A stretch of 64,000 bases of DNA from Thermoplasmata archaeon (GTDB taxonomy: Archaea > Thermoplasmatota > Thermoplasmata > Lutacidiplasmatales > UBA184), in contig JAGWLG010000002.1 in the NCBI GenBank assembly GCA_028864975.1, positions 125,481 through 189,480 of the forward strand, in the 5' to 3' direction. Shown here one piece after another: positions 38,196-47,044 of this stretch. How positions within the stretch are numbered: the first letter of the stretch is position 1; every line of letters begins with the position of its first letter. The notes beneath the pieces are model-generated. The model searched no databases, was not told the origin of the DNA, and saw only the letters and a program-made list of their open reading frames with translations. Made by a program: the position numbers and the translations under genes.

Positions 38196-39317
38196 CTGCA
38201 AGGACGCCTTGTTCTCGAAGACGGGACGACCTTCGAGGCCGAAGGGTTCGGGGCCGCTCGAACGGTGCAAGGGGAGGTGGTCTTCACCACCGGCATGGTG
38301 GGATACCCCGAGTCGCTCACCGACCCCTCGTACCGCGGGCAGATCCTGACCTTCACCTATCCCCTCCTCGGGAACTATGGGGTCCCTTCGCCGAGTGCGA
38401 GGGACGAGTGGGGCCTCCCGGCAGGGTTCGAGTCGGGGGAGATCCAGGTCCGGGCCGCGTTGATGCAAAGCCTGGAGCCCCCCCACCATTGGAACGCCAA
38501 GGTCTCGCTTCCGCAGTGGGCGGCCCGGTCGGGGGTCCCGCTGCTCGTCGGTCTCGACACCCGCCGGCTCACCTCGTTGCTCCGCTCTCGCGGGGTGATG
38601 CGGGGGAGCGTCGCGGTGGGCAAACAGGTCCCCAGCGCCCCCGCGATGCGGAAGGCGCTCGGGCGAGCTCCGAAGTACGAGGACGAGGACTTCGTCGCCG
38701 AGGTCGCCCCTCGCCACCCCCAGCTCCTCCGCTCGAAACGGGCCGCGGCCCCGCTCGTCGCCGCGGTGGACTGTGGCATCAAGGCGAGCATCCTCCGCTC
38801 GCTGCTGCGCAGGGGGGCGGATGTGGTCCGTTGGCCCTCGGATTCGATCGTGGAAGAGCGCTTCCAGGGAAGGAAGATCGCCGGGATTCTGGTGGGGAAC
38901 GGTCCCGGAGACCCTTCCACCCTCGAGACCGTGATCGATTCCTTGCGCATCTCCGAGAAACGTGGGACCCCGACGTTGGGGATCTGTCTCGGCCAACAGC
39001 TTCTCGCCCTCTCCAGAGGCGCTTCGACGTTCAAGCTCAAGTACGGCCACCGAGGACAGAACAAGCCCGTCGTCTTTCCCGATGGACGGGCGTGCATCCT
39101 CTCGGAGAACCACGGCTACGCCGTGGACCCGGCCTCGCTCCGGGGGACGGGCCTCGAGCCCTGGGCCAGGAACCCGGATGACGGCACGCTCGAAGGGCTC
39201 CGCGACCGCCGGGGCCGGGTAATCGCCTTGCAAGGCCATCCGGAAGGAGGGCCCGGTCCGCGGGAGGCTTCGTTCGTCTTCGACCTCTTCGTCGAAAAGC
39301 TGAGGAAGCGCGCATGA
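38196..39317 (+). CDS. carA: Carbamoyl-phosphate synthase small subunit
   Basis: LVLEDGT, GEVVFTTGMVGY, NGPGDP, GICLGQQ, ENHGYAV, QGHPE. The first canonical in-frame start (GTG 38265) would remove LVLEDGT; start placed tentatively at CTG 38196. Confidence 0.9.
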   Translation: MQGRLVLEDGTTFEAEGFGAARTVQGEVVFTTGMVGYPESLTDPSYRGQILTFTYPLLGNYGVPSPSARDEWGLPAGFESGEIQVRAALMQSLEPPHHWNAKVSLPQWAARSGVPLLVGLDTRRLTSLLRSRGVMRGSVAVGKQVPSAPAMRKALGRAPKYEDEDFVAEVAPRHPQLLRSKRAAAPLVAAVDCGIKASILRSLLRRGADVVRWPSDSIVEERFQGRKIAGILVGNGPGDPSTLETVIDSLRISEKRGTPTLGICLGQQLLALSRGASTFKLKYGHRGQNKPVVFPDGRACILSENHGYAVDPASLRGTGLEPWARNPDDGTLEGLRDRRGRVIALQGHPEGGPGPREASFVFDLFVEKLRKRA

Positions 39318-42300
39318 GCCTCGACCTCCCGAAGCGGGTCGTCGTCCTGGGAAGCGGAGCGCTCAAGATCGGCGAGGCCGGGGAGTTCGACTACTCGGGA
39401 AGCCAGTGCCTGAAGGCGCTGGAGGAGGAGGGCGTGTACGCGGTCGTGGTCAATCCGAACATCGCGACCCTACAAACGGACCCTCCTCGGGTGGGAAGGA
39501 CGTACTTCCAGCCCGTCACGCCGGAGTTCGTCGAACCCATCCTGGAGAGCGAAGGGGCGGACGCGATCCTCCTCTCCTTCGGCGGCCAGACCGCGCTCAA
39601 CTGCGGGGTGGCGCTCCATCAACGTGGGGTCCTTCGTCGTCTTGGCGTGAAGGTCCTCGGAACCCCTGTCCGGGGGATCGAAGAGACCGAGGACCGTGCG
39701 CTCTTCCTCAAGCTGATGGAGAAGGCCAGCGTCCCGGTGCTGAAGAGCCACCCGGTCTACTCTGTCGAGGAGGCCCTCACGAGGGCCAAGCAGATCGGCT
39801 ACCCGGTCATCGTTCGGGTCGCCTTCACCCTCGGCGGGAAGGGGGGTGGCGTGGCGCGCGACGCGCAGGAGCTTCGCGAGGTCGCCTCCCGGGGTCTGCG
39901 GGCGAGCCCCGTGTCCCAGGTCCTCCTGGAGCGTTACGTCGGGTCGTTCAAGCAGATCGAGTACGAGGTGGTGCGCGACCGCCTCGGGAACTCGCTCACG
40001 GTCTGCAACATGGAGAACGTCCTCGGGATGCGAGTGCACACCGGCGACAACATCGTCGTCGCTCCCTCCCAGACCTTGACCGACTCGGAGTACCAGCTCC
40101 TTCGCGCAGCGGCCATCCGAGCCGCCGACGCTTGCGGGATCATCGGGGAATGCAACATCCAGTTCGCGCTCGACCCCCGGAACGAGGAGTACTACGCGAT
40201 CGAGATCAACGCCCGCCTATCGCGCTCGAGCGCCCTCGCGAGCAAGGCGACCGGCTACCCGCTCGCCTACGTCGCGGCCAAGCTCGCGCTCGGCTACACG
40301 CTTCCCGAGCTCAAGAACCGGGTCACGGGGGTCACCACCGCCTGCTTCGAACCCGCGCTCGACTACGTCGTGGTCAAGCACCCGAGATGGGACATGGAGA
40401 AGTTCCCCCGGGCCCGCAAGGAGCTGGGACCCACGATGAAATCGGTGGGGGAGGTCATGGGGATCGGCGCGACCTTCCCCGAGGCGCTGCTGAAAGCGGT
40501 CCGGATGACCGACCCGCGGAGCGAGCTGGTCCCCCCCGAGCATCCTCGGAAGAAGGAGGAGGTGCTCAGCGACCTCGCCAACCCTTCTCCTCAGGTCCTC
40601 TGGCACGTCCTCGAGGCGTTCGACGTCGGGATCCCCGATGAGAAGATCAGCGCGGTCAGCTGGATCGACCCGTGGTTCGTCGCCCAGCTCCGCGAGGTCC
40701 ACGGGGTGGTGGACGAACTACGGAGGGCGAAGGGCCGCTTGCCTGCGATGCCTCTGCTTCGGCGGGCCAAACGCCTGGGTCTCTCGGACCGGGCGGTCGC
40801 CCGTTCGGTGAACCGCGACGAGGAGGAGGTGCGCCAGGCACGCATCGGCGGGGGGATCGTCCCGCATATCCGGATGATCGACACCCTCGCGAACGAATGG
40901 CCCGCCCGGACGAACTACCTCTACCTCACCTACGGGGCGGACAGCGACGAGGTGGGGCCCTCCCCCAAAGGGAGCGTCCTCGTTCTCGGGGCCGGTCCCT
41001 ACCGGATCGGGAGCTCCGTCGAGTTCGACTGGTCGACGATGAACCTGGTCGACGGCCTCAAGGCCGAAGGCGTTCCCTCCGTCGCGGTCCTCAACTCCAA
41101 CCCCGAGACCGTCAGCACGGACTACGACCGCTCCGATCGCCTCTACTTCGAGGAGATCACGCTGGAGCGGATCCGCGACATCTACGACAAGGAGCGGTTC
41201 CGCGGGGTCGTCACGTGCGTCGGCAGCCAGCTGGCCCAGAACGTGACCCCCCTGCTAGCCACCTGCGGGATCCCGATCCTCGGCACCTCCAGCGACTCCA
41301 TCGATGCCGCCGAGGACCGTAGCCGGTTCTCCCGGCTGTTGGAGCGCCTCGGGATCCCCCAGCCCGCTTGGAGGGCCTTCACGACCTTCGAGGAGGCAGA
41401 GCGGTTCGCGGACGAAGTGGGCTACCCTGTGCTGGTCCGCCCCTCCTACGTCCTGAGCGGTGCCGCGATGCGGGTGATCCCCGGGAAGGTCGACCTCGAA
41501 AGGTTCCTTTCCGCGGCGGTCCGCATCTCCCCCGAGCACCCTGTGGTGATCTCGAAGTTCCTGGAAGGGGCGGGCGAGATCGACCTGGACGCTGTGGGGG
41601 ACGGGGAGAACATCCTGGTGGCCGGGATCCTGGAGCACGTCGAGCGAGCGGGGGTCCACTCCGGAGACGCGATCCTGGTCCTGCCTCCCCGCTCGACGCC
41701 CCCCTCCGTACAGGAGAAGATGGTCAAGGCCGCGACAGCGATGGCCCGCGCGCTCTCGATCAAGGGCCCCTTCAACGTCCAGTTCCTCGTCGTCGGGGAG
41801 GACGTCTACGTCATCGAGCTCAACCTTCGGGCCTCTCGCTCGCTTCCGTTCGTCTCCAAGGGGACCGGGACCCCCGTCCTCCGGGAGGCGGCCCGGGCCT
41901 TCCTTGGCAAGGGGCTCTCCCGCAGCGGGATGTCCACGGTCCCTTTCGGCCGCTGGGGCGTCAAGGTCCCGCAGTTCTCCTTCTTCCAAGTGGAAGGCGC
42001 GGACCCGCTGTTGGGGGTCGAGATGCAGTCCACCGGAGAGGTCGCCTGTTTCGGGCCGACCTTCCCGGACGCCCTGGTCAAGGCGATGGTCGCGACCGGT
42101 GTGAAGTTCGTCGCCGAGGGGGGCCGAGCCTTCCTCTCTGTGGGAGGGCCACGGCTGAAGGAGCAGCTGCTCCCCGCGGCACGGCTCCTCGAGCGCCTCG
42201 GGTTCGAACTGATGGCCACCGAGGACACCGCCGCGTATCTCCTGGGCCAGGGGATCCAGCGCGTGAGGGTGCTCTACAAGATCATGGAACCGGATCGGGA

Positions 42301-42640
42301 GCCGAACCTCCGGACCGTGCTCGAGCGAGGGGAGGTGGACCTGATCCTCAACGTGCCAGCCTCCTTCACCCAGGAGAAGTTCGAGAGGATGCTCGAGGAC
42401 GAGTACGTCCTGCGCCGGCGGGCGATCGAGCTCGCGATACCGCTCTTCACGAGCGTGGAGACCTTCACGGCTTACGTCGGGGGGCTGGCCTGGCTGCGCG
42501 AGCACCCTCTGACCGTAGAAGCCCTCTACGGGTCGGACGTACCACGCGAGGGAGGGACCGCCTTGGCCTGGAACCAGCCCAGGAGCGTTTCCCTGCTCCG
42601 GGCTTCCCAGAGGCCACCCTCCAGGAGGTCCCGACGCTGA
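39314..42640 (+). CDS. carB: Carbamoyl-phosphate synthase large subunit
   Basis: GSGALKIGEAGEFDYSG, duplicated ATP-grasp halves, GAGPYRIGSSVEFD, C-terminal MGS domain. ATGA overlap with carA. Confidence 0.97.
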   Translation: MSLDLPKRVVVLGSGALKIGEAGEFDYSGSQCLKALEEEGVYAVVVNPNIATLQTDPPRVGRTYFQPVTPEFVEPILESEGADAILLSFGGQTALNCGVALHQRGVLRRLGVKVLGTPVRGIEETEDRALFLKLMEKASVPVLKSHPVYSVEEALTRAKQIGYPVIVRVAFTLGGKGGGVARDAQELREVASRGLRASPVSQVLLERYVGSFKQIEYEVVRDRLGNSLTVCNMENVLGMRVHTGDNIVVAPSQTLTDSEYQLLRAAAIRAADACGIIGECNIQFALDPRNEEYYAIEINARLSRSSALASKATGYPLAYVAAKLALGYTLPELKNRVTGVTTACFEPALDYVVVKHPRWDMEKFPRARKELGPTMKSVGEVMGIGATFPEALLKAVRMTDPRSELVPPEHPRKKEEVLSDLANPSPQVLWHVLEAFDVGIPDEKISAVSWIDPWFVAQLREVHGVVDELRRAKGRLPAMPLLRRAKRLGLSDRAVARSVNRDEEEVRQARIGGGIVPHIRMIDTLANEWPARTNYLYLTYGADSDEVGPSPKGSVLVLGAGPYRIGSSVEFDWSTMNLVDGLKAEGVPSVAVLNSNPETVSTDYDRSDRLYFEEITLERIRDIYDKERFRGVVTCVGSQLAQNVTPLLATCGIPILGTSSDSIDAAEDRSRFSRLLERLGIPQPAWRAFTTFEEAERFADEVGYPVLVRPSYVLSGAAMRVIPGKVDLERFLSAAVRISPEHPVVISKFLEGAGEIDLDAVGDGENILVAGILEHVERAGVHSGDAILVLPPRSTPPSVQEKMVKAATAMARALSIKGPFNVQFLVVGEDVYVIELNLRASRSLPFVSKGTGTPVLREAARAFLGKGLSRSGMSTVPFGRWGVKVPQFSFFQVEGADPLLGVEMQSTGEVACFGPTFPDALVKAMVATGVKFVAEGGRAFLSVGGPRLKEQLLPAARLLERLGFELMATEDTAAYLLGQGIQRVRVLYKIMEPDREPNLRTVLERGEVDLILNVPASFTQEKFERMLEDEYVLRRRAIELAIPLFTSVETFTAYVGGLAWLREHPLTVEALYGSDVPREGGTALAWNQPRSVSLLRASQRPPSRRSRR

Positions 42641-43407
42641 GCCGAGGCGCGAGGCCTCAGTTCGGTGAACGGGAAGTCGTAGGAGACCTCCATCAGCACG
42701 AGCCCCTGCGGGCGGGCCAAGGGGAGGTGAAGGACCTTCCTCCCTCGCAGCGCCTCTTCGATATCCGACCGGCGGATCCGGCCCGCATCGAGAAGCTCGA
42801 GGGCGGCGACGATCTTGCGTACCTGGTTCCACAAGAAGCTCGGCGCGCGTAGGTCGAGGACGAAGAAGGACCCCTCCGCCCGGACCTCCAGCTCGTCGAT
42901 GCGCCCGAGGGGAGACCGAGGCGGGTCGTCCCTTCGTGAGAAGGACGAGAAGTCATGCTCCCCGAGGAAGAGGCTGGATGCCTCTCTCCAACGCGGTAGA
43001 TGGTGGCCTTCTGAAGGCTCGAGATAACGGTACCATCGGGAGCGGGCGTGCCTCGGCTGGAACTCGCTTTCCACCTCCGCGTAGCCAAAGCAGAAGATGC
43101 GAGGGTCGATCGAACCGATCACGCGGGCCGCGGCCAGCCCTTTCAGGTGCGTGGGGAAGCTCACGACGTTCCCGAGAGCGTGAACGCCGCGGTCCGTGCG
43201 GCTCGCGGTCCGGAACCTGGGGGCGTTAGACTGGGAGAGTACCCCTCGCTGGAGGAGACCTTGAAGCAACGTCCCCTCGACGGTGGGGGCCGAGGGTTGG
43301 CGCGCATAGCCGTGGAACCCATCCGCAAGGTATCCGATGCGGAAGGCCCAGGTGGCCGTCCCCTTAGGAGCGCTCACACCGCCGTCCCTGGCTGGAGCAC
43401 CTTTCAT
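42526..43407 (-). CDS. truA: tRNA pseudouridine(38-40) synthase
   Basis: IGYLADGFHGYARQP, ASRTDRGVHALGN, HDFSSF, SFLWNQVRKIV. Confidence 0.92.
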   Translation of the reverse strand: MKGAPARDGGVSAPKGTATWAFRIGYLADGFHGYARQPSAPTVEGTLLQGLLQRGVLSQSNAPRFRTASRTDRGVHALGNVVSFPTHLKGLAAARVIGSIDPRIFCFGYAEVESEFQPRHARSRWYRYLEPSEGHHLPRWREASSLFLGEHDFSSFSRRDDPPRSPLGRIDELEVRAEGSFFVLDLRAPSFLWNQVRKIVAALELLDAGRIRRSDIEEALRGRKVLHLPLARPQGLVLMEVSYDFPFTELRPRASAQRRDLLEGGLWEARSRETLLGWFQAKAVPPSRGTSDP

Positions 43408-43513
43408 GGTGTTCGTGGGTCTCCTTCGACTTCATGACGGGACGTTTGACTTCTGACCATGCACCGCATTGAAGTGGGAGGCGGCCATGGTAGGTAGCGC
43501 AACTGGGCGGGTC

Positions 43514-43819
43514 ATGGAGAAGGTCCCATCTTGGCTCGAACGTCTTCTCCTCCCTCAGCTGAGCGAGATCAAAGGATCGATCCTTGTCCTGGGGACGAAG
43601 ATCGATGCTGTCGGGTCAAAGCTCGGCTCGCGCATCGACTCGGTGGAAAACAAGGTCGACTCGCTAAGGAACGGGCTGAAGGCCGACATCGGAAGGGTCG
43701 AACAGCGTGTGGTCTCTCTCGAGAAGACGCTGGACGTTGTTCGCGAGCTAGGGGATCTGCAAGCCCAGTTCGCCGAATTCAAGGCGTCACAAAGACGGAC
43801 CGCTGGCGTACCAGGTTGA
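43514..43819 (+). CDS. Small coiled-coil protein
   Basis: MEKVPSWLERLLLPQLSEIKG followed by heptads (IDSVENKVDSLRNGLKADI). ATG 43514; track start TTG 43469. Confidence 0.6.
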   Translation: MEKVPSWLERLLLPQLSEIKGSILVLGTKIDAVGSKLGSRIDSVENKVDSLRNGLKADIGRVEQRVVSLEKTLDVVRELGDLQAQFAEFKASQRRTAGVPG

Positions 43820-43841
43820 CCTCGCCCTGGGACCGCGTCCT

Positions 43842-44537
43842 TCAGATCGGGAACTTCGTGACCGAGTACTCCGGGATCATCGTCGAGAAGTCCTGGACCC
43901 CCGGGATCTTCGCAAGCTTCTGGAGGACGAAGTCGAAGACCTGCCGCTTGTTCGCCGCAGGCCCCGAGGGGAACTCGAGCGTGATGAACATGTCCCACTC
44001 CCCCGTGATGAGGTGGACCTCCTTGACCTCCGAGAAGGAGAGCAGCCCGGAGCGGACCGTGTCCACTTGGTGGGCGTCGACCTTGAGCTGGGTGAAGGCG
44101 CGCACGTTCCTGAGGTCCGCAGGCAGGAGGTTCAGGAGGGAGGGCTCGGTGAACGCGTCGGCGCCCTCGAGTCGCTTCCCGGTCGCGGGGGAGACGAGCA
44201 CGGGGTAGCGCTCCACGCCCGACAGGTGGGTGTCGAAGATCTTCTTGACCAGCCCGGCGCGAGAGACGTCGATGATCTTGAGGGCGTAGCCACGCGGGGG
44301 CGCGAGTTCCTCGACCAGGGCGACCGCGCGCGCCTGCTCGTCCGGGAGGACCAGCGCGGTCTCGGCCTCGCCGACGTCGGGCGAGAGGTTCGTCGCGCTC
44401 GAGCTGGCCGCCCCCATGGGGATGTCCTTGCCCCCCGCGGTGGTCTCGAGCTGCTGCGCGCTCCCCCGATAGAAGCTCGTGATCTGCTTGCGGCTCTTGA
44501 CGTAAAGGAGGACCTCACGGGGGATGGACGCGTTCAT
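43842..44537 (-). CDS. Lrp/AsnC ligand-binding (RAM) domain protein with N-terminal thioredoxin-like region, no HTH
   Basis: C-terminal RAFTQLKV..EVKEVHLITGEWDMFI..LAKIPGVQDFSTMI. Confidence 0.65.
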   Translation of the reverse strand: MNASIPREVLLYVKSRKQITSFYRGSAQQLETTAGGKDIPMGAASSSATNLSPDVGEAETALVLPDEQARAVALVEELAPPRGYALKIIDVSRAGLVKKIFDTHLSGVERYPVLVSPATGKRLEGADAFTEPSLLNLLPADLRNVRAFTQLKVDAHQVDTVRSGLLSFSEVKEVHLITGEWDMFITLEFPSGPAANKRQVFDFVLQKLAKIPGVQDFSTMIPEYSVTKFPI

Positions 44538-44586
44538 GGGCTCGAGAGGGGGACCCCTCTTCCGCCTATTTCAGAATTGAGTTCGA

Positions 44587-44612
44587 GGGGCCCGCCCCGA
44601 AGGGCAGGCCCC
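44587..44612 (-). terminator. 11-bp GC stem with cUUCGg tetraloop downstream of ssb (terminator or 3' stabiliser)
   Basis: Minus strand reads GGGGCCTGCCC-TTCG-GGGCGGGCCCC with one U-G wobble; a second hairpin CCCGGG/CCCGGG lies at 44619-44633. Confidence 0.55.
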
Positions 44613-44649
44613 CCGTTGCCCGGGGAACCCGGGGAAAGGTTGGTCCGGC

Positions 44650-45117
44650 TCAGAAGCGCCGAGGGGAGTCGCCCTCGCCGCCCCGGTCGCTGCGGCCGTA
44701 GCCACCGCGTCCGAAGCCGCCGCCTCCGCCGCCGCCACCGAAGTAGCGGCGCTCGGACTGGAACTCCTGGGCGCTCATGTCGAGGGAGGTGTTGACCGCG
44801 GCCATGCCCTCCTGCGACTTGTTGAGGTTCCCGTAGCGGCCGACGTTCAGGCGGATGTGCCCTCGGACGAGGGATACATACCCGTTGTCGATGAGGACGA
44901 TGTCGTCCTTCGCGATCTGGCCGATCTGGTCGTTCCAGAGCGAGAGCGTGACCACGGCGGTGTCATCGCCGACCACGGCCTCCGCGACCTTGCGGGGGTC
45001 GCCGTACTTGCCCATCACTTCCTTGGCGTCTCCGACGGAGACCACCTTGGCGAGGATGTTCACTTGCTTCGAGCTCGGCGTCAGGTCCTTCACTTTGGTC
45101 AGGGGTTTGTCTACCAT
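44650..45117 (-). CDS. ssb: Single-OB-fold single-stranded DNA-binding protein with Gly/Arg-rich tail
   Basis: KVKDLTP..VNILAKV..VGDDTAVVTLSLWNDQ..IDNGYVSLVRGHIRLNVGRYG; tail GGGGFGRGGYGR. ATG 45117. Confidence 0.85.
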   Translation of the reverse strand: MVDKPLTKVKDLTPSSKQVNILAKVVSVGDAKEVMGKYGDPRKVAEAVVGDDTAVVTLSLWNDQIGQIAKDDIVLIDNGYVSLVRGHIRLNVGRYGNLNKSQEGMAAVNTSLDMSAQEFQSERRYFGGGGGGGGFGRGGYGRSDRGGEGDSPRRF

Positions 45118-45365
45118 GGCGTTCACTTCTCTCGTTCGTTCGCGTTCTTGTCGCACCGTCGTCACACCCCCGCCCGCGTCCTGACCGTTCGCACTCAGCT
45201 GGTGTTCGAGAGAACCCCGGCGAAAGGGCGTCGTGTCGAAACTTCGGGCGGTAGCGTTCCTTGGGTGGACCGTCATGATGGGGCGGGGTATTTGAGCCTG
45301 GCCAAGAGAAGGGTTCGCACGGTTACCTCTCCGCCCCCGAGGAGAGAATGCCGGGCCAAGCCCGC

Positions 45366-46565
45366 TCACGAGGGGGTGCTGCCCGTGGGAGCGTCGCGCT
45401 CGATGGCCGAGTCGATCCACTTCTCGACCTCCGCCCGCTGCTCTCGCTGCTGGGCCAGGAACGCCTCGACGCGGGGCACGAGGCGCCCCTTGCATTCCCC
45501 GCAAAGGAGCTCCCCGCTGCGACAGGTCCGCGTGATCTCCTCGAACTCCTTCGGCTCCGGGGCGAACCGGGTCTTCCAGAGGGCGTGGACGGAGCAGATG
45601 TCGGGGTTCGCTCCCAGACGCCGTTGCTCCTCGACGGTCGAGCGACCTCCGGTGAAGGCGTGGGAGATCTTTCGTTGGACGTCCTTCGGGCTGTCCGAGA
45701 GGAAGATGGCGTTGTCCCGTCGGTCCGCCGAGGAGCTCATCTTTTCGTCGCCCAGGAGACCGGGAAGCATCCGGTTGTGGAGCAGGGCAGGCTTCGGGTA
45801 ACCCAGGGCTTCGGCCACGTCCCGGGTGATCCGGAAGTGCGGGTCCTGGTCGACCCCACAAGGGATCAGGCAGGGGATCGGCCGCTTGGCGCGCGCGGAG
45901 GGAAGGAAGGCCGGGACCGACTGGATGGCCGTGAAGAAGATGCTACCGATGTTGTTGTCGTTCTTGAACCCGAAGACCGCCTTCGCGGTGGAGAAGGTGA
46001 CTCGCTTCGCCACCTCGAGCGCGAGCGGGTAGAGCGAGTGGATCGAGATCGTGTCGAAGAGGATGTGGGTCCGCTTCGGGTCGAACCCGACCGAGAGCAG
46101 GTCGAGCAGGTTCTCCCGGCCCAGGCGGTAGGTCTCGGCGAGGGAGAGCTCCGTGCGGCCCCCCGCCCCCGAGAACAAGAACTTCTCGTCGTCGGTCACC
46201 TGGATCCATAGATTGACACCGAGCTTCCGTTGCAGGTAGGCGCAGATCTCGAACGGGATGAGGTGGGCGAGATGGATCTCGCCCGAGGGGCCCCGCCCGG
46301 TGTAGAGAAAGAAGGGGTTCCCCCGTTCGTAGGAGTCCAGAGCCTGCGGCAGGTCGCGGTGGCTGATGTACACCTCCCGAGCGAGCAAGGGGTGGAGCGG
46401 GCTCCCGAGCATCTTCTCCAGCCGAGCCAGGATCGGTCCGTCCAGGGGGGAGGTCCCGAACTGCTCGCGGAGCCTCTCGTAATCGATCTTTCCCTTGACC
46501 TCCCAAGGGGTGACCTTGAACGAGGGGTGCGCCGAAGCGTCGTGAGGTGCGGGAGGGTCGTTCAT
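45366..46565 (-). CDS. trpS: Tryptophanyl-tRNA synthetase (archaeal/eukaryal type)
   Basis: FLYTGRGPS..HLAH, TDDEKF, LIPCGVDQDPHFR, KMSSS, C-terminal CGECK. Confidence 0.95.
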   Translation of the reverse strand: MNDPPAPHDASAHPSFKVTPWEVKGKIDYERLREQFGTSPLDGPILARLEKMLGSPLHPLLAREVYISHRDLPQALDSYERGNPFFLYTGRGPSGEIHLAHLIPFEICAYLQRKLGVNLWIQVTDDEKFLFSGAGGRTELSLAETYRLGRENLLDLLSVGFDPKRTHILFDTISIHSLYPLALEVAKRVTFSTAKAVFGFKNDNNIGSIFFTAIQSVPAFLPSARAKRPIPCLIPCGVDQDPHFRITRDVAEALGYPKPALLHNRMLPGLLGDEKMSSSADRRDNAIFLSDSPKDVQRKISHAFTGGRSTVEEQRRLGANPDICSVHALWKTRFAPEPKEFEEITRTCRSGELLCGECKGRLVPRVEAFLAQQREQRAEVEKWIDSAIERDAPTGSTPS

Positions 46566-46587
46566 CGAACGCTCGTCTCGGGTCTGC

Positions 46588-46986
46588 TCACTCCGGGAAA
46601 CTCATCCGGGCGAGAAGCTTTTCGCGGTCCGACATCGAGACCCCGAGACTCGCGAGGTTCTCCCCGACGCAAGGCCGGTCGTGCATGGCCTGGATCGTCT
46701 CTCCGCACGAGGGGCAGGAGGCCTTGCCCTCGGCCAAGCGGTTCAAGCTCTCCCGGGGGACAGAGCGTTCCTTCTTCTCCAGCTTGCGAAGGAGGGACGT
46801 CAGGGCCGCCCCCCGGTCCATGTTCGAGAACGGCACCCGCACCTGGGCGTTGCAGTTCGGACAATGCGGAAGGGCGCGACAGGTACAAGCCACGAGCTTC
46901 GCCACCTCGAACCCCTCCAAGAGGCTTACGGAGGGTTTTCGGGCCCCCCCTCTCGGGGGACGGTCCGGGGGCGGGGCACTTTCCAC
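46588..46986 (-). CDS. Small Cys-rich (zinc-binding) protein
   Basis: CTC..HCPNC..CPSC..HDRPC. Start uncertain (GTG 46986 or TTG 46920). Confidence 0.6.
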   Translation of the reverse strand: MESAPPPDRPPRGGARKPSVSLLEGFEVAKLVACTCRALPHCPNCNAQVRVPFSNMDRGAALTSLLRKLEKKERSVPRESLNRLAEGKASCPSCGETIQAMHDRPCVGENLASLGVSMSDREKLLARMSFPE

Positions 46987-46994
46987 TTCTTCGG

Positions 46995-47014
46995 TATATG
47001 AGTAATCTCATAAA
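46995..47014. promoter_or_regulatory. Divergent AT-rich promoter region (TATATG and CATAAA boxes)
   Basis: AT-rich patch between the Zn-finger gene and the surface-protein/T4SS-like operon; CATAAA lies about 31 nt upstream of ATG 47045. Confidence 0.5.
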
Positions 47015-47044
47015 CGTGGGCTTGATGGGGTCGCCGAGGAACCC

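Noticed and set aside
44650-45117. ssb as a cargo gene of the T4SS-like system
   Set aside because: Separated from the operon by trpS, on the opposite strand, and it looks like the housekeeping single-OB SSB.
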